From Podarcis vaucheri (Eukaryota), in the NCBI GenBank assembly GCA_965113315.1, contig OZ220364.1: 64,000 nt of DNA. One strand, written 5' to 3'. Position numbers and translations under genes: made by a program. Position 1 is the stretch's first letter. Every line of letters begins with the position of its first letter. This document shows positions 48,888 through 62,370 of this stretch, piece after piece. Under the pieces are notes generated by a model. The model was not told where the DNA came from. It made no database searches and saw nothing but the letters and a program-made list of their open reading frames with translations.

Positions 48888-50154
48888 TTTATACCCCACC
48901 CATCTGGCTGAGTTTCCCCAGCCATTTCATTTGGAATAGGTAGTAGAATGCTTGGTGTTAAAAATGACCAGGTTTTGGAGGATGGGGAGATTAGGAAGAT
49001 AGAATGCAGCTGCTAGAATTAAAATAAAACCATTTTTGTGCTTCATTATGGAAGGAAAGTTTCCAGAGCACAAAGACGCAGGCCCACATTTTTCAGCTTG
49101 CAGTTTCTGCAACCTGAAACTGCTCTTATCCCTCTACAGATGATTCTGTGTCATGCTCTAGTTAGCCTTTTCATTCAAATGCTGTCTTGGCCTTTGCCTG
49201 CTTAGCTTGTCTTCCCAATCACAAGAGGCCTGAGTTATGAAAGGCCTATAGATTGTTGTCTTGGGGGGGAAAAGATAGAGAAGCACTTGCAGTCCAGCAG
49301 CGGAACGGCAGGTTGGAGGTAGACATTATTAAAATGGCCCTTCTAGGCAATACTGTTTTTAAAGTCTCCTTGTGTGAAAAGAACCTTTTCCTCCCATTGT
49401 TATGGAAGTCCTGCCTACTGTCCGCATCACAACCATTGGAGAATAAACAATTTCAAATATCCCCAAATGGAAAAAAAAATCCATACAAATTGAGCAACGA
49501 TGACAAATTATGCCACTTGATTTTATTTGCATACATTATTTCACAGGGATGAACTGTAGATTGTATTTTTTAAAGAAAATTAAGCACAGAATTCAAGATT
49601 GCTTGCTTATATAGAGACCAGCTTGGCCTTATATAGCAAAAAATCACTCCTTCGCAGAAATGTAACAGACCAATGATGCTTCAGTGTATTTGTGACTCTG
49701 GAATGCTGCCACGTGAAGGCTGTTTCAGTCACTAGAAGTAAAAAAAACCCCTTGAGATAACATGCTTTCTTCCTTTTGTCACTTCCATTGCCAGGCCTAT
49801 TGGTCTTTGTAAAAGTTTTTTTTTTTTTAAATACACATTCAAATAGAAAGCTAAAAGGAAGTGTTAAGTCTAGTCTTCATTCTCATTCCCTGTGTGGATG
49901 GTTGGCGTTCCTTGAACCTCACTCATAATCATATCTGTAATTTGCTTGGCACAGGATTAACTCAGTATATGCCAGGAAGAAACAGGATCAAGTGATGGAA
50001 TTTTATCCATTTACTTAGAACCATTGAAATTGGTCACATTAAGTTGGTCAAGTCCATTAATTTCAGTGATATGACTAACATTGGATATAAATCACTGTCT
50101 CTAAAGCACCTTCCATAAAAAGGCAGCCTATCTCCATGGCCCATGAAGAATGTA

Positions 50155-50399
50155 CAGTGGTGCCTCGCAAGACGAAATTAATCCGTTCCGCGAGTCTCTT
50201 CGTCTTGCGAAGCACGGCTATTAGCGGCTTAGCGGCTATTAACGGCTTAGCGGCTTTAAGAAAAAGGAAACAAACTCGCAAGAACTCGCAAGACGTTTCA
50301 TCTTGCGAAGCAAGCCCATAGGAAATTCGTTTTGCGAAGCACCTCCAAAACGGAAAACTCTTTTGTCCTGCGCGTTTTTCGTCTTGCGAGGCACCACTG
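50155..50399. mobile_element. Tc1/mariner MITE, CpG-rich
   Basis: TA TSD; perfect 23-bp TIR CAGTGGTGCCTCGCAAGACGAAA; internal GCGGCT(A)TTA repeats. Confidence 0.9.
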
Positions 50400-53300
50400 T
50401 ATGTTCAGAAGAATGCCAGTTTGTCTGGACAGGTGAAATAGATTTGTATGTGCCTTCATTTCATCATCTCTTGAGAGGAGGTGATCTTAGAAGTGACTAC
50501 ATGGTTTGCGAGCCTTGAACATCCAGGGTAATGATAATATTTGGTGTAACTTCAGATTTTGAGCAAGTGCTAAACCTATGGATATTGACTGGGTTTTTAA
50601 AATTAAAGGCATGGGGACTGACACAGAGCATAATTAAATATAACCAAATATTTTTGGAAATATGAAGGATTCACAGTTATCTTTCTAATACTTTTGAAGG
50701 TCAGATATATTTTTCCCACCTAACCCAGCAGGATTGTGGCTTTAGAAATTTGACTTCCATTAGTTTCGATTTTTCATGGAAAACTCTTTGCTAAAATGCA
50801 GGACTTTTTATTTATTATTGCATAGATAGACATATTGCACTGAGAACATATCAGTAATGCTGACTTTGTAACTCATTCTCTAGAAGCATCAGGGACTTAA
50901 TTTCCTGGTTTATGACGATTTAATTTTAACCCTTTATCCCATGTGTGGTTATTTCATGCATTCTTAATCAGAATATTAAATCACATTAAATCCACCGCTT
51001 CCTGGTTTAAAGTAACTAGTGGCTTACAAGCAGAGACAATATGGAACTATTTGAACTGGCTTTAGGGGAATGCCTTAAAGCTGCAATGTGGGAAGTTTAA
51101 ACAAAATAAAACATTATTATGCCATGAAACTCCAGGTGCCTTTCCTGAGCAGTCAGGTATATAAGCTCTATCAGCAGTCTCAGTTTAGAGGTGATTTGCA
51201 AGAAAAATAATTTCCATGACTTAAAATAATAAGTTGGGAATTTGCCCTTAACACAAGAGATCTTTTTTTCAAATACATCTGGTGCAAGTTTCTATCACAT
51301 TTAATATGATTGGTACATTGAGCCTGGTTTCAACTCTGGTTAAACTGCTGGTTTAAAGAAAAGCCTTGTATGGGCATGCCAGCAGCTGGAACTAGGTTGT
51401 CCTTTTAGCTTGGCTATCACCATTACAGTAATTTAAGCTGATTTATGAAGCTTGCAAAATGTGTAAGTCTGCTCTGCCTGCACTTCTGCCTCCCTGTTCC
51501 TAGCCATTGCCGTTCAAAGTAGAGTTCATGTTGAATTCCGTCAGTGCTGGCCTGAAATGGCCATGTAGGGTTATGCCCCATAGCTGGCAAACCACATCAT
51601 CTGAAGTATCTGGTGAATACTCCAATGTCAGCAGCCTAACTAGTGTTTCTCTTTTCCTCTGCTTCCATTCTGTGTGCAGTACCTGCTTATGCCCATCAAC
51701 TGAACCTTCCTGCTTTGCTCTGCTTCTGTTTTGGCTTTCTTCCATGTCCTGTTCTTCCCACTACAACCGTCTTCTTCCCCTTTAATGTAACCTTTTCCAG
51801 TATTGTACTGGATTGATTGACCATTTCTGCAGCATGATTTTCTCCTTTGCTGTGGTTCTCCTTTTGGCAGACAGAGGCTGACAGGTTTGCATGATCAAGC
51901 TGTAGTGTAGCATGCAGGCTTCTTCGATTGAGAGCTTGAGCGGGGAGCGTGTTATAAGAATGGATTTCTCCTTTACAGATTATTACTATATTTGGATGCA
52001 AGGGGGAGGTGTGCAGTGCAGTAGGGTGTGATGGGGAGAATACCAGCTAGATTTGCCATACAGTATTTTCACCAGCATTAATGTTTCTGGGTTTCTGAAT
52101 TGGTATATTGATATCTAGGATTAAGAGAGTATACCCTTTATCCTGTTCGGTGCAGCATGATTGATAATCCTCTACTTTCTTCATGCCCATCAGCTTCCAG
52201 GCAGAATTCTCTGCTGCTCTCCAGAGGGTCCCCATCCAATGGGACCATGCTAGTCTGGACAGTTCAGTTGAAACTTTGGTTCATATGCTCACCTTTCAAA
52301 CGGCACATCAAAGAAAGCACGTGCTTAACCCAAGAAGATCAAGCCCTTTTCTGTTTGCAGAAGCATCCTGACTGTTCTTGTGTTGGAGGGTACCGTAGCT
52401 CCATTAAAGATGGCGAAACCAGAGAGAAGCCGGTGTCCTTTCATGATATCTGCCTCTCTTTCTTCTTCAACAAATGTGATTCTGCTACTGGTTCTGAAAA
52501 CTCTTTCTTATGTTATAAAGAAGGGTATAAGAAGAAGTTCAAGACTTCATTAATGTGGAACCTGCAGATCTCAGAGATAAACAAATCCCAAGTTACAGTT
52601 GAATTGGGGGGAAAGTGAAAGCTGCCACTTCTGTCTGTCTTACAACATATGAATGAGCCCTGAGATTAATATAAGCCACTCCTCTTGCATCAATCAGGAG
52701 AGGCATATCACATAGTTCAGACCCACTACCAGGGGCCAAGCAAGCACAGTTGCATTGTGCTAGATATGGCACATATGATTCGGATATAAGCCAGCCTGGT
52801 ACAAAAACTCGTATCTGCCTAGATAATTGTTTGTGTGTCAAGGCAGCTGAAATGCAGTTTTTTGGCAAACCATATTCCCAAATAGAATTACTCACTGCCA
52901 AACTGGTTTGGTCCCATGAGACTGACTGTATAAGAAACATTATGTTCCTAAGGAGGCAGGAGAAAACAGCAATGAGTTCTGTAGAGCAGGGGTACCCAAC
53001 ATGTTGCCCTCCATATGTTGCTGGACTTGAATTCCCATCTTACCTGACCATTCGCCAAGCCAGCTGGGCTGATGGGAGTTTGAGTCCAACAGCATTTGGA
53101 GAGCACTGTGTTTGCTTCCGCTGCTGTAGAGGCTTCTGGAACACATTTTTAAATGGCAAAACTGCTACTTCTTTGCCAATAAACTTTGCAGTGTTTGTCC
53201 ATCACAATACTCTTATTAAGGTATTATTTTCACTTTGTAAGTTTCACTCCCTCCAGGGTTAAATTATACTGCTTCATTGGTCACTGGTTTGCTTTTGTTA

Positions 53301-55983
53301 ATAGAGATTCTTAAGCAACTTTAATCTACTGCTTGAAGTTTGCTATAGGCACAATCCTATCTGTGCTTGACAAATCAAAGTGTCCCCAATAGTAGAAAGC
53401 CCCAAACCACTTCTATAAGAGCATGCAATAGAGAGGCATTGGAGAGGTAAGACTGAATGTTTTATAAGAGAGATAATTTTTTTAAAAAAAAAACCAAGTG
53501 AAGCCAGAAGAAAACTTTTGAGATTGTAGCTCAGTTCACTTGTAAATGTCTGCTCAGTGTGGGACTTGGTAAAATGATGATTTTCTGTCCAGAAAAATCT
53601 ATGAAAATTATCATTTGCTTATAACTGCAGTCATTTTTGTTGTAGACATAATCCTGACTCACCCTCTTGGTATTTTGGCCCCTGGATCCCTTGCTCTTTC
53701 AGAACCCTAAGGTACTCATAATAAAATGTTGTAGTAAAAGAAACAGATACAAAATGTAGCTCTAAATCAAAAAATTGTCCCTGATTCTTTAACTTATAAA
53801 CAGAATATTGCCCGAAACTATCTACAGAAATGGTGTACATATTAAGATGGCAGTCAAAAGTGTTTGACAGATTTGAACTGCAGAGGCTTAAAATACTATA
53901 GTGATATGGACCTATGTCCAACCCAGAGTCCATTTATTTGAGGTCTGTTCTGAGCATGACTAATGTTGAATATCAGCATATGTTCCAAGAAAAATTTGAA
54001 ATGACATGGATCCTACCAGATGGGTTTTTGATGAGCTTAAGACCAATCTCTGTTAATTTTTGTAGTGTTGATTTTGAAAATGGATGGGCTGTCCCCTCAA
54101 TCCAGAATTCTGTTAACTTCACTAAGTGCTGTAGTGCTTTGCTTTTGAAGTCACTTGCAAAGTCATATACCCTTTCTTTAACCTATGTACTCTGGTGTGG
54201 GAAGAAAAGCCAAATTATAAAAAGAATGAAAAAGCCAGTTAAAGGAACAAATGTATGGCTCATAATGAGTTTTTATTCTTTACATTGTTTCTGAGCAAAC
54301 TCTTCCATAGTTCTCCCAAGACACCACAAAGATACATTATGGTGCTCAAAAAGATTTTTTGAATTTCTCTGTGTGGCTCCTTTAAATCTAAAACCTATGC
54401 CATTGAAAACTTTATGAATTTTTTTTGCCAAACCTAAGCTATACAACATAGCTGTTTCATGAGCAAGACTGCAGTGTTTCTGAAAACTATGGGAGACCAG
54501 GAAGGAATATCACATTAAATCATGGTTTCTTAAATTAATGTAATTCAATAGTGTTTGAGACTTCATCAGAGTTGAATCTCCCATTTTTGCAGCAATAACA
54601 TTTCCACCTCTTTTAAATAGTTTTTATCCCCTAAAATAAGCAAATAGGTTAATGCTTTTCATTACATGCCAGGTGGAGACAACCTGGAGAGCAGATGTTT
54701 GTATGATGACACTTATATTTCTACCATTGATCTGCCAGACTTGATCTGCTATTTGTGAAAACTAGGCCTCAGCTAGTTAGCTGCTTATAAGATTAGTCAC
54801 TTAGCTAGTCAGGACCCACCCATATACCCCAGTCCTTTGATGGAAATTGAAGCACCTTTAGATTCTTCTGCTCCTTAGCCCACAGAACCAATCCTACCAA
54901 CACATCCTCCAAACTTCTCATTAGAAATTTGTTTACACTGTTGCAACAGAAAACCTTAATAAAACCCATACTATTTCCTCTATGTTGTATTTATAGCATA
55001 CATTGTAATTAATGCTTTAATCTTTGCCTTTCTGGTAATTGAGTAAGTTTAGAGAAATTCAAGGTAGCGCTGAGGAGATTGCTCTATCGGTGCAAGCAGT
55101 TCTGCTTGTTTGATGGAACAACCTCTACACTCCCCTTGTGTCATTCTGGGAAGTCTCTAAAACACCCAAGCCACTGGGTGGGCATTGGGGGGAAAACTGT
55201 TGTGTGGTGGAAGCATTTGCATGGACTTGCTAGTGAGACCATTTAGCTGAATCTGGCGCCTTGTGCTTTTTGTCAACCTGGACTGCAGAAATTTTCATCC
55301 ATTTCCTCTATTTTCTTTCTTTGCTTTCAGGTTATACTAGAAGCTCCTTTTCGGGGAATTTAAAAATCCTGCACTGGCCATTTTAGAGTTCTCTTGTCCT
55401 TAGCAATAAAAATGATTATGCCTTTAAATATATATATATACACATTTCAGAAATAGTCAGCTCTCCTTAATTCATTTTCTAGCTGAGGAAGCTTCCTTTT
55501 TGGAGTTGAATTCAGAGGACCTGTACTCCATTGGTTTGCTCCTATCCTCTTCCCCAAAGGATTATGTACAAGCATTTTGTGGTCACTTGCAAGAGAAGCA
55601 AGCATCACCTTTAGTAGTTTTCATGAACTGGTACTAATTGAGATGAACCATGATTTTAAAATCCCTTACTCTTCTGTTGGGGGTCTGTCTCACGTCCTCC
55701 ATGGTGTTGTCATCCTATAAATCTTTGTAGCGTGGACCGCACTGCACATTAAAATGACACATATCAAGAATAAGCTGATCTGAGTGTTAAGACATCCCTT
55801 GTTACAATATCACTTCATGACCTCTTTTGGCTAGCCTCAGTATCCCTTTCTGCACCTGTTATACTGATCTACCTTACACAACAGTTGTCAGGATTATGGA
55901 TGCAATATAAAGGGAGCTCTTTTAGCAGAAGATGTACATTTTGCTACCGTAATAGAGCTTCATTGTTTATATTTTAAAAAGTA

Positions 55984-56235
55984 CAGTCATACCTCGGGTT
56001 AAATATGCTTCAGGTCGAGCATTTTCAGGTTACGCTCTGCGGCAACCTGGAAGTAACGGAACACGTTACTTCCAGGTTTCACCGCTTGCGCATGCGCAGA
56101 CGCCCAAAACGACGTCACGCGCATGCACGGAAGCGGGGAATCGTGACCCGTGCATGCGCAGACGCGGGTTGCGTTCACTTCAGGATGCAAACAGGGCTCC
56201 GGAACAGATCCCATTCGCATCCAGAGGTACCACTG
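55984..56235. mobile_element. Tc1/mariner MITE
   Basis: TA-flanked CAGTCATACCTC ... GAGGTACCACTG ends; internal GCGCATGCGC motifs. Confidence 0.85.
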
Positions 56236-58078
56236 TATACCTCTTTAGATCCCAGGACAGAATTCTAGCTAGCATGTTGAATTGCACTTTGATCTGTTAT
56301 TCATGGCTGCTCTCAAAGTGGAAGTTGGGGGCTGCCCAAGCATTGAGAGTGGGCTCACTTGTTAAGTATTTTGTATAGAACCTGGCACAATTCTTCTGAA
56401 CCATAATTCCTGCTTGAAATCATCACTTCTGCCCAAGTATCAGGAAACTGGTACTTGAGAATCCACTTTAGTAGCGGCAACCTATCATAACTAACTGACA
56501 GTAGCAGCACTTCTCTCTCTGCCTCTCCCACCTTAATATTTGCAACCTTGGGGGGTGGGATAGAAGTGTTTCAGAAATTAAAATTAAAAAAAAAACGTTG
56601 TTACTGAGTTCCATTGAGCAACCTTGTCATTGTTAATGGTGAGATTGCGATATGGAAGCCAGTATTTCTACTTTAGCCAAGGGCTATTGTTGAGGTTGAT
56701 GAAGGAAATTGTGTGTGGCTGAGCTTTTTATTTTTCAAATGAGCAAGCAAATCCACTGGGGCCGGGGTGGGGAACTTGTGTCCTGCCATACGTTGAATTC
56801 CCACCTCCCACCAGCATGGCCATTGATCAAGGATGATGCAGGTTGGATTCCGGCTTTTGGAGGGTCACAGCTTCCCCACCCCAGCACTACGACTTATTCA
56901 CTGGTTGATTTAAGGGATGCTCCTGTTCCCATTTTTAGAAATAAGCCATGACACCAAGAATATGAGTTGCAGCTTTGCTTGATCTAATGATGCACTGCTT
57001 AGCCTCTGAGCTAAGTGGAGGTGAGTTGGGATGTCTATGTAGAATTGTTGTACTCTGGCTGTGTGCCTCGCTGTGTCTTCCTGTTTTTGGATTAAAACCT
57101 GTGTAGACACAGGAAACCAGGTAAAATATGAAAGGTTATGGGAAGAATTGCAGTATCAAATAATTGTACTGGAAAGATTAGATCTAACCATTCAGCTACT
57201 AACAGATGTTGCTAAAACCTGTGCAGCATGACTTCTGCTTGCCTGTGCTATTCCCAGGATACTGCAGTTTCTTGATCTAGGTGCCCTGAAGGGTCCCCTC
57301 TTTTAGATTGGTTCAAAAATGGATAGTTGCCCTGAGAATGCTCTCTTCAGGCTTAGCAGAGACCTCTGTCTAAATATGCTTGTGCTAAGACCAAGCAGGA
57401 AGAAAGTTCTTGGTGCTATCTCACATCACACTCACTGCACAAGCCCCTGGGCAAAGAAACTAGGCAAGATGGGCAGCTTTATCTGTAGTTCCAGAAGCAG
57501 GTTCTTTCTAAAAATGGATTTAATTTTAAACCACACATACTCTCCCTCCTGGTCCTAGGCCCAGATTAAGCCTGCAAAAAACTTGCCAGTATAATATCCA
57601 CACAGTCATTGATCTGCCTACCCCAATGTAACATGAATATGCCAGTTTATGGCTTATTCCCAGTCAACAGATGCCTACTGTTTTAATATATGCATAGGCA
57701 CCAACAATCCAGTTTAACTTGCTGCATGGATCCTCATATGAGTGAAGCCTGACCACCCTCTCAGGAAAACAGGGGAAGACCTATTTATTGTGCCCAGACA
57801 GAGCTATCCCCAGGATGGTACAGTTAAAAGCTGTGGCTTCCACACAGATTTGAGAAGGTGGGATTTTAGAACACCTTGGGAGTACAGTAGGGCTAAGCTG
57901 ACATCTCGGAAGTCAAGGTAACAGCTGACTTTTTATTGGAACCACAGGCTGGTTTTCTAGCACCTCTGCCTTCAAGACTAGAAACATTGTGGGCTTGGGC
58001 TGCAAAGGAACCTAGCTTGAACCAGGAGCCCATGCATTGAAGCCTCCCTGCCTGACTTCTCCTCTCCTCTCCTCTCAG

Positions 58079-58229
58079 CATTGCAGCTTCCCTTAGCCAA
58101 CGATGGAAGTAGCCGCTCCACCTCTTTGGACAGCTCGCCCCAGCATCATCATCCTCATCCGTCACGCCCCCGAAACTTTCTGGGCCTGCCTCCTCAGCCC
58201 CCCTTCCACATGAACAAGAGCATGGAGAG
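58079..58229 (+). CDS. MAP2K7: MAP2K7 exon 3
   Basis: LQLPLANDGSSRSTSLDSSPQHHHPHPSRPRNFLGLPPQPPFHMNKSME; AG/GT boundaries; 151 nt. Confidence 0.93.
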
Positions 58230-59101
58230 GTAAGCAGAACTAGAGCAAATGAGGCAGGTTTTGGGGTGCTGTGCTCGTCTTCTCTGCTGTATTGAGACAG
58301 GAGGGACCAGCTTGTTTTGAGAAAGGGAAGCAGTTTGGAGCAAAGGTTTTATGTTGTGCTTGCCATTTGATCAGACAGGTCTGCGCACAATACATGAAGC
58401 GTTTGCTGTCCTTGTGCCTGTACAGCCGTGGATAATAGCGTGTTGGGGAACTGAATGTTCTCTAGGCACTTTAATCTTGTTGCTTATTGCTATTGCCACA
58501 GTCTTAAAAGCTGCTTCACACTGTTCTTTTGATGTAAGAGGCAGAGCTTTTGAAAAGGGCTCCTGTCTCAAACCATCTTTGCTAGGTAGATACGGAACTT
58601 TCATAACCCCTAGTTGCCTTGAGTTGCATTATTTTTTTGTAATATCATGTAATATCAGTAGCAGCCCATGCAAAGTTTAAACTGTCCTGTTTGTGAATTA
58701 ACGGGCTAAGCTTGTCTGCTAAATGAGTGATTTATAGCATTCACACAAAAATATACAGTAATGGCCCTGGGAGTTAGTAGAGGACCTGCTGCTTTTTGGG
58801 GTTTCACCAGGTAATAAAAACTCATGATTTAACCTGCACTGCTCTGATCTGCAGATTGAGGTGTCTTGTTATGTAAGTGACTTGTGAGTTGCTGGCTTTG
58901 AATTCATATTAGAAATTCTCTCATGATGGAGATCTACTAGTTCATAGGGTTCTCTAGATGCCCATGTTGAGAAGAGGAATGTGTGGTTCTCCACAGAGAT
59001 GGAGCCTGTTTCTGCAGAGAGAAGGGTTCTGAGATTTTCGTATGCCATGGCTAAATGGAAGCAAACACAATATTTTTCCTTTTTTCTCTTTCCCTTTCTA
59101 G

Positions 59102-59168
59102 TATAGAGATTGATCAGAAACTGCAGGAAATCATGAAGCAAACGGGTTACTTGACCATCGGAGGGCAG
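59102..59168 (+). CDS. MAP2K7: MAP2K7 exon 4
   Basis: IEIDQKLQEIMKQTGYLTIGGQ; 67 nt; canonical splice sites. Confidence 0.95.
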
Positions 59169-59309
59169 GTGAGCTGGCTTGAGAGGTGCAGCAGTTCCAA
59201 ATATATTGAAGCCTGATGTATATTAAGAATTAACCGAAAGCAACTCCCCACCCTTTTCAATATAAAATGGATTGATGAGTAGCTTCTCTATGTGCTCATC
59301 TTCTCACAG

Positions 59310-59423
59310 AGATACCAAGCAGAAATCAATGACCTAGAAAATCTGGGTGAGATTGGAAGTGGGACGTGTGGACAGGTGTGGAAAATGCGTTTCAAGAAGA
59401 CTGGACACATCATAGCTGTGAAG
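59310..59423 (+). CDS. MAP2K7: MAP2K7 exon 5 (G-loop, catalytic Lys)
   Basis: RYQAEINDLENLGEIGSGTCGQVWKMRFKKTGHIIAVK; 114 nt. Confidence 0.96.
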
Positions 59424-59747
59424 GTGAGGTAGATCTACTGGGTGTTGAGTGGAAGATACCTTAAGATGAAAGGAAATGGCAGAGTTGGACTTCTAGAGGG
59501 TTCATTGCTGGTGAAACTCTTAGGTGCCACAGATTATTTGGTTCCTGTGTCAGCTGTTGAGAGAGAATCCAATTGGGCAGGATTAAGTGGGCCTTAACTT
59601 ACTTTGATGGAAAGTAGTGACGCTCTGTGAATTAATCATAAAGCAGTTAAGGGCCATGAGGCCCTTTGTGGGTCAAAGCATGATCACGCACGACTCTTTT
59701 GGCTCTTTCCACTTCTGCTCCTAATTCCCATTCTCTTCTCTGTTCAG

Positions 59748-59867
59748 CAAATGCGTCGTTCTGGTAACAAAGAGGAGAACAAGAGGATTCTGATGGACCT
59801 GGATGTGGTGCTGAAGAGTCATGACTGTCCTTACATTGTTCAGTGCTTTGGAACTTTCATCACAAAT
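59748..59867 (+). CDS. MAP2K7: MAP2K7 exon 6
   Basis: QMRRSGNKEENKRILMDLDVVLKSHDCPYIVQCFGTFITN; 120 nt. Confidence 0.96.
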
Positions 59868-59989
59868 GTAAATGAAGGCGATGCTACTGTTTTCTCAAGT
59901 CCATCTGTATTTTTCAATGTATTTAGAACAGCCACATCATAATAACCTTAACTTTTACTTTTTTATTTTATTTCCCCCCCATCCTTTAG

Positions 59990-60097
59990 ACTGATGTTTT
60001 TATAGCCATGGAGCTAATGGGCACATGTGCAGAGAAGCTGAAAAAACGAATCCAAGGGCCAATCCCTGAGAGGATCTTGGGAAAGATGACTGTGGCG
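59990..60097 (+). CDS. MAP2K7: MAP2K7 exon 7
   Basis: TDVFIAMELMGTCAEKLKKRIQGPIPERILGKMTVA; 108 nt. Confidence 0.96.
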
Positions 60098-61328
60098 GTG
60101 AGGGTTGTTTTTGTTTTTGCTTTTTTCATTTAGATCCCACATTTCCCCCATCTAGACATTGGCCCAGTTCACATGTCATGCTAAGCATAGAACGAATAGC
60201 ATGCTGGTATAGACTACTTAATAGTACTCCTTCCTTGCTTCAGCTGTGGCAGCTTCACAGATAAAACAAGCCATATATCTGGCCTGTCATGTTGCCTGGA
60301 CTTGGGCTCATGGCTTGTTTCCTCCAAACTGATGAGTGGTAACAAAGGTTTATTCTTGGGTTACCACTTGAGGTTTGTTTGGAGCAAACAAGCCATGAGT
60401 CCAGGTCCACACAACATGGCAAGCTAGAATCTGGCTTCTTTGTCTGTGACACAGAGGAGCCATTAATTGCTTCCAAGTTTCCATGATCATGGCTTTTAAG
60501 GAGATGCGTTGTGCTTCAAACTCCTTCCTGCATATGGCATCCAGGTATTTTTCTTTTTCAGCTGCGTTTTCTGCTGTTTTTGAAGGGAAAACAACCATTC
60601 TCCACTTGTTATTTGTTATTTTACATACCATTCTCTTCCATTTACTTGAGCCTCACACGTCTGTTTCTCTTTTGGCTCACAGAAATGAGCTAAGCTTCCC
60701 TGCTTGGAGCAAAGTGCTGTTATGGACAGCAGAGGGAGTAAGATTTTTTAAATAATGACTACACTGTTGGGTGGATTTTGGCAAAATTTGGAACCCAGGA
60801 CTGGGCGCTCTGTTCTGTGTGGTTGTTTTCATTTCCTTTTGGCCATCTGCCCCCCCCCCCTTGATGCTGCATAATGAGATGTGGTAAAATCTAGGGCTCG
60901 GTTGAAGAGTCAAGTATTATCACACCCCACTGAAAACTATGAAGCCCAAGATCTCACCTTCGGATCCCAAGAATAGTAACAGCATTTCAATAGTAACAAC
61001 AGTTCATGAACATGCCACCTTTCTTTCTCCCCAGTGGTATCCCTGAAAACTGCTTGGTAATCTGCATGACTGAAGGGCTGTGCTGTAACGCTGTCTCCCC
61101 ACAAGTTGTTGTGTATACAAGACGTTTTGCCCCAGATAGCTGAAACTATCTCTTCCAAGTATCACGAAAGCCTCAGACTGATTGCTGAGTGCATAACCTT
61201 TGTTCTCTTAAGCAGCACATGTTTTTACAGGCATGTTGATAAAAGGGTATCATGAGTTCTAGACTAGTTCTGAGTTGTTTTCCTTATAGGGAGCAAGGGT
61301 TAATTCTTCTGCATTGTGTTGCTTTCAG

Positions 61329-61508
61329 ATTGTCAAAGCACTCTACTACCTGAAAGAGAAGCATGGTGTCATCCATAGAGATGTGAAGCCTTCAAATATC
61401 TTGTTGGATGAGAGGGGGCAAATCAAATTGTGTGACTTCGGGATCAGTGGGAGGCTGGTGGACTCGAAAGCCAAAACCCGGAGCGCTGGTTGCGCAGCAT
61501 ATATGGCG
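61329..61508 (+). CDS. MAP2K7: MAP2K7 exon 8 (HRD, DFG, SKAKT activation loop)
   Basis: [60 protein letters not shown]; 180 nt. Confidence 0.97.
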
Positions 61509-62126
61509 GTAAGAGATGGGCAGATGGCGAGAGAACAGCAGCAGGGATCTTGCTGTGCTGGGATGGAACCGAGTAAAAAAAAAGAAAAGTGACATTGTAT
61601 GTTGCTCTTCCTACAAATTGCTCAGAATAGCTTGTGTATGATTTAATTAAATACTCTTTATTTGTTAAACTTTTATGTCATACTTCCTCCAAGCTGCTTT
61701 GCATGGGTTGGGTATGATCCCTAGCAGTCTCTCATCCTAGCAGTGCTCTAGGCCCGACCTGCTTCACTGCAGCCGTTGAAATGCACCATGTGTCTCGATA
61801 ACTTCTCTCCAGGACTAAGAATTCTATCGCTTGCATTTTACTACAGAAAGTTGTCACTAGATTTGGCCTGAGCTTTTGGGAAACTGTATGGCAGCTATTA
61901 CGCAGATGCTGTTACGGTATCAAAACAGCCTGCATTTTGTCTTAGCAACATCCAGTGGGATTCAGCTAAGTTTTTGTTTGCACGGAACAAGGCCCACTCA
62001 TGCAGTGAGACTCTCCCTCCTCTCCCCATGTGCTTCCCCCTAAATCTGCTCTGGAAGGCTGAGGGAACCCCCAGAACAGGTTTAGGAGGATGGGGGAAGT
62101 CTTGTTGTGAGGGTGGCGTTCATTCT

Positions 62127-62128
<2 letters not shown>

Positions 62129-62158
<30 letters not shown>
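62129..62158. repeat. (CA)n microsatellite
   Basis: Direct tandem repeat. Confidence 0.9.
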
Positions 62159-62160
<2 letters not shown>

Positions 62161-62289
62161 CGTGCTACATTCAATTCCACCCATGGTTTGGCTTCTGTAA
62201 TCACTGGAATCTTGCTAGGTGCAGGTAAGAGACCAGTAGCAAAGAGGTTTTATTTTTGACTGAATTTGTAATAATCTTTTTGTTTCCAG

Positions 62290-62370
62290 CCTGAGAGAAT
62301 AGATCCCCCTGATCCCTCAAAACCAGATTATGATATACGTGCAGATGTTTGGAGCCTCGGCATCTCTCTG
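62290..62370 (+). CDS. MAP2K7: MAP2K7 exon 9
   Basis: PERIDPPDPSKPDYDIRADVWSLGISL; 81 nt. Confidence 0.96.

Noticed and set aside
50215-50257. Short direct repeats GCGGCT(A)TTA that look array-like
   Set aside because: Internal tandem repeats of a MITE with no unique spacers; eukaryotic context, not CRISPR.
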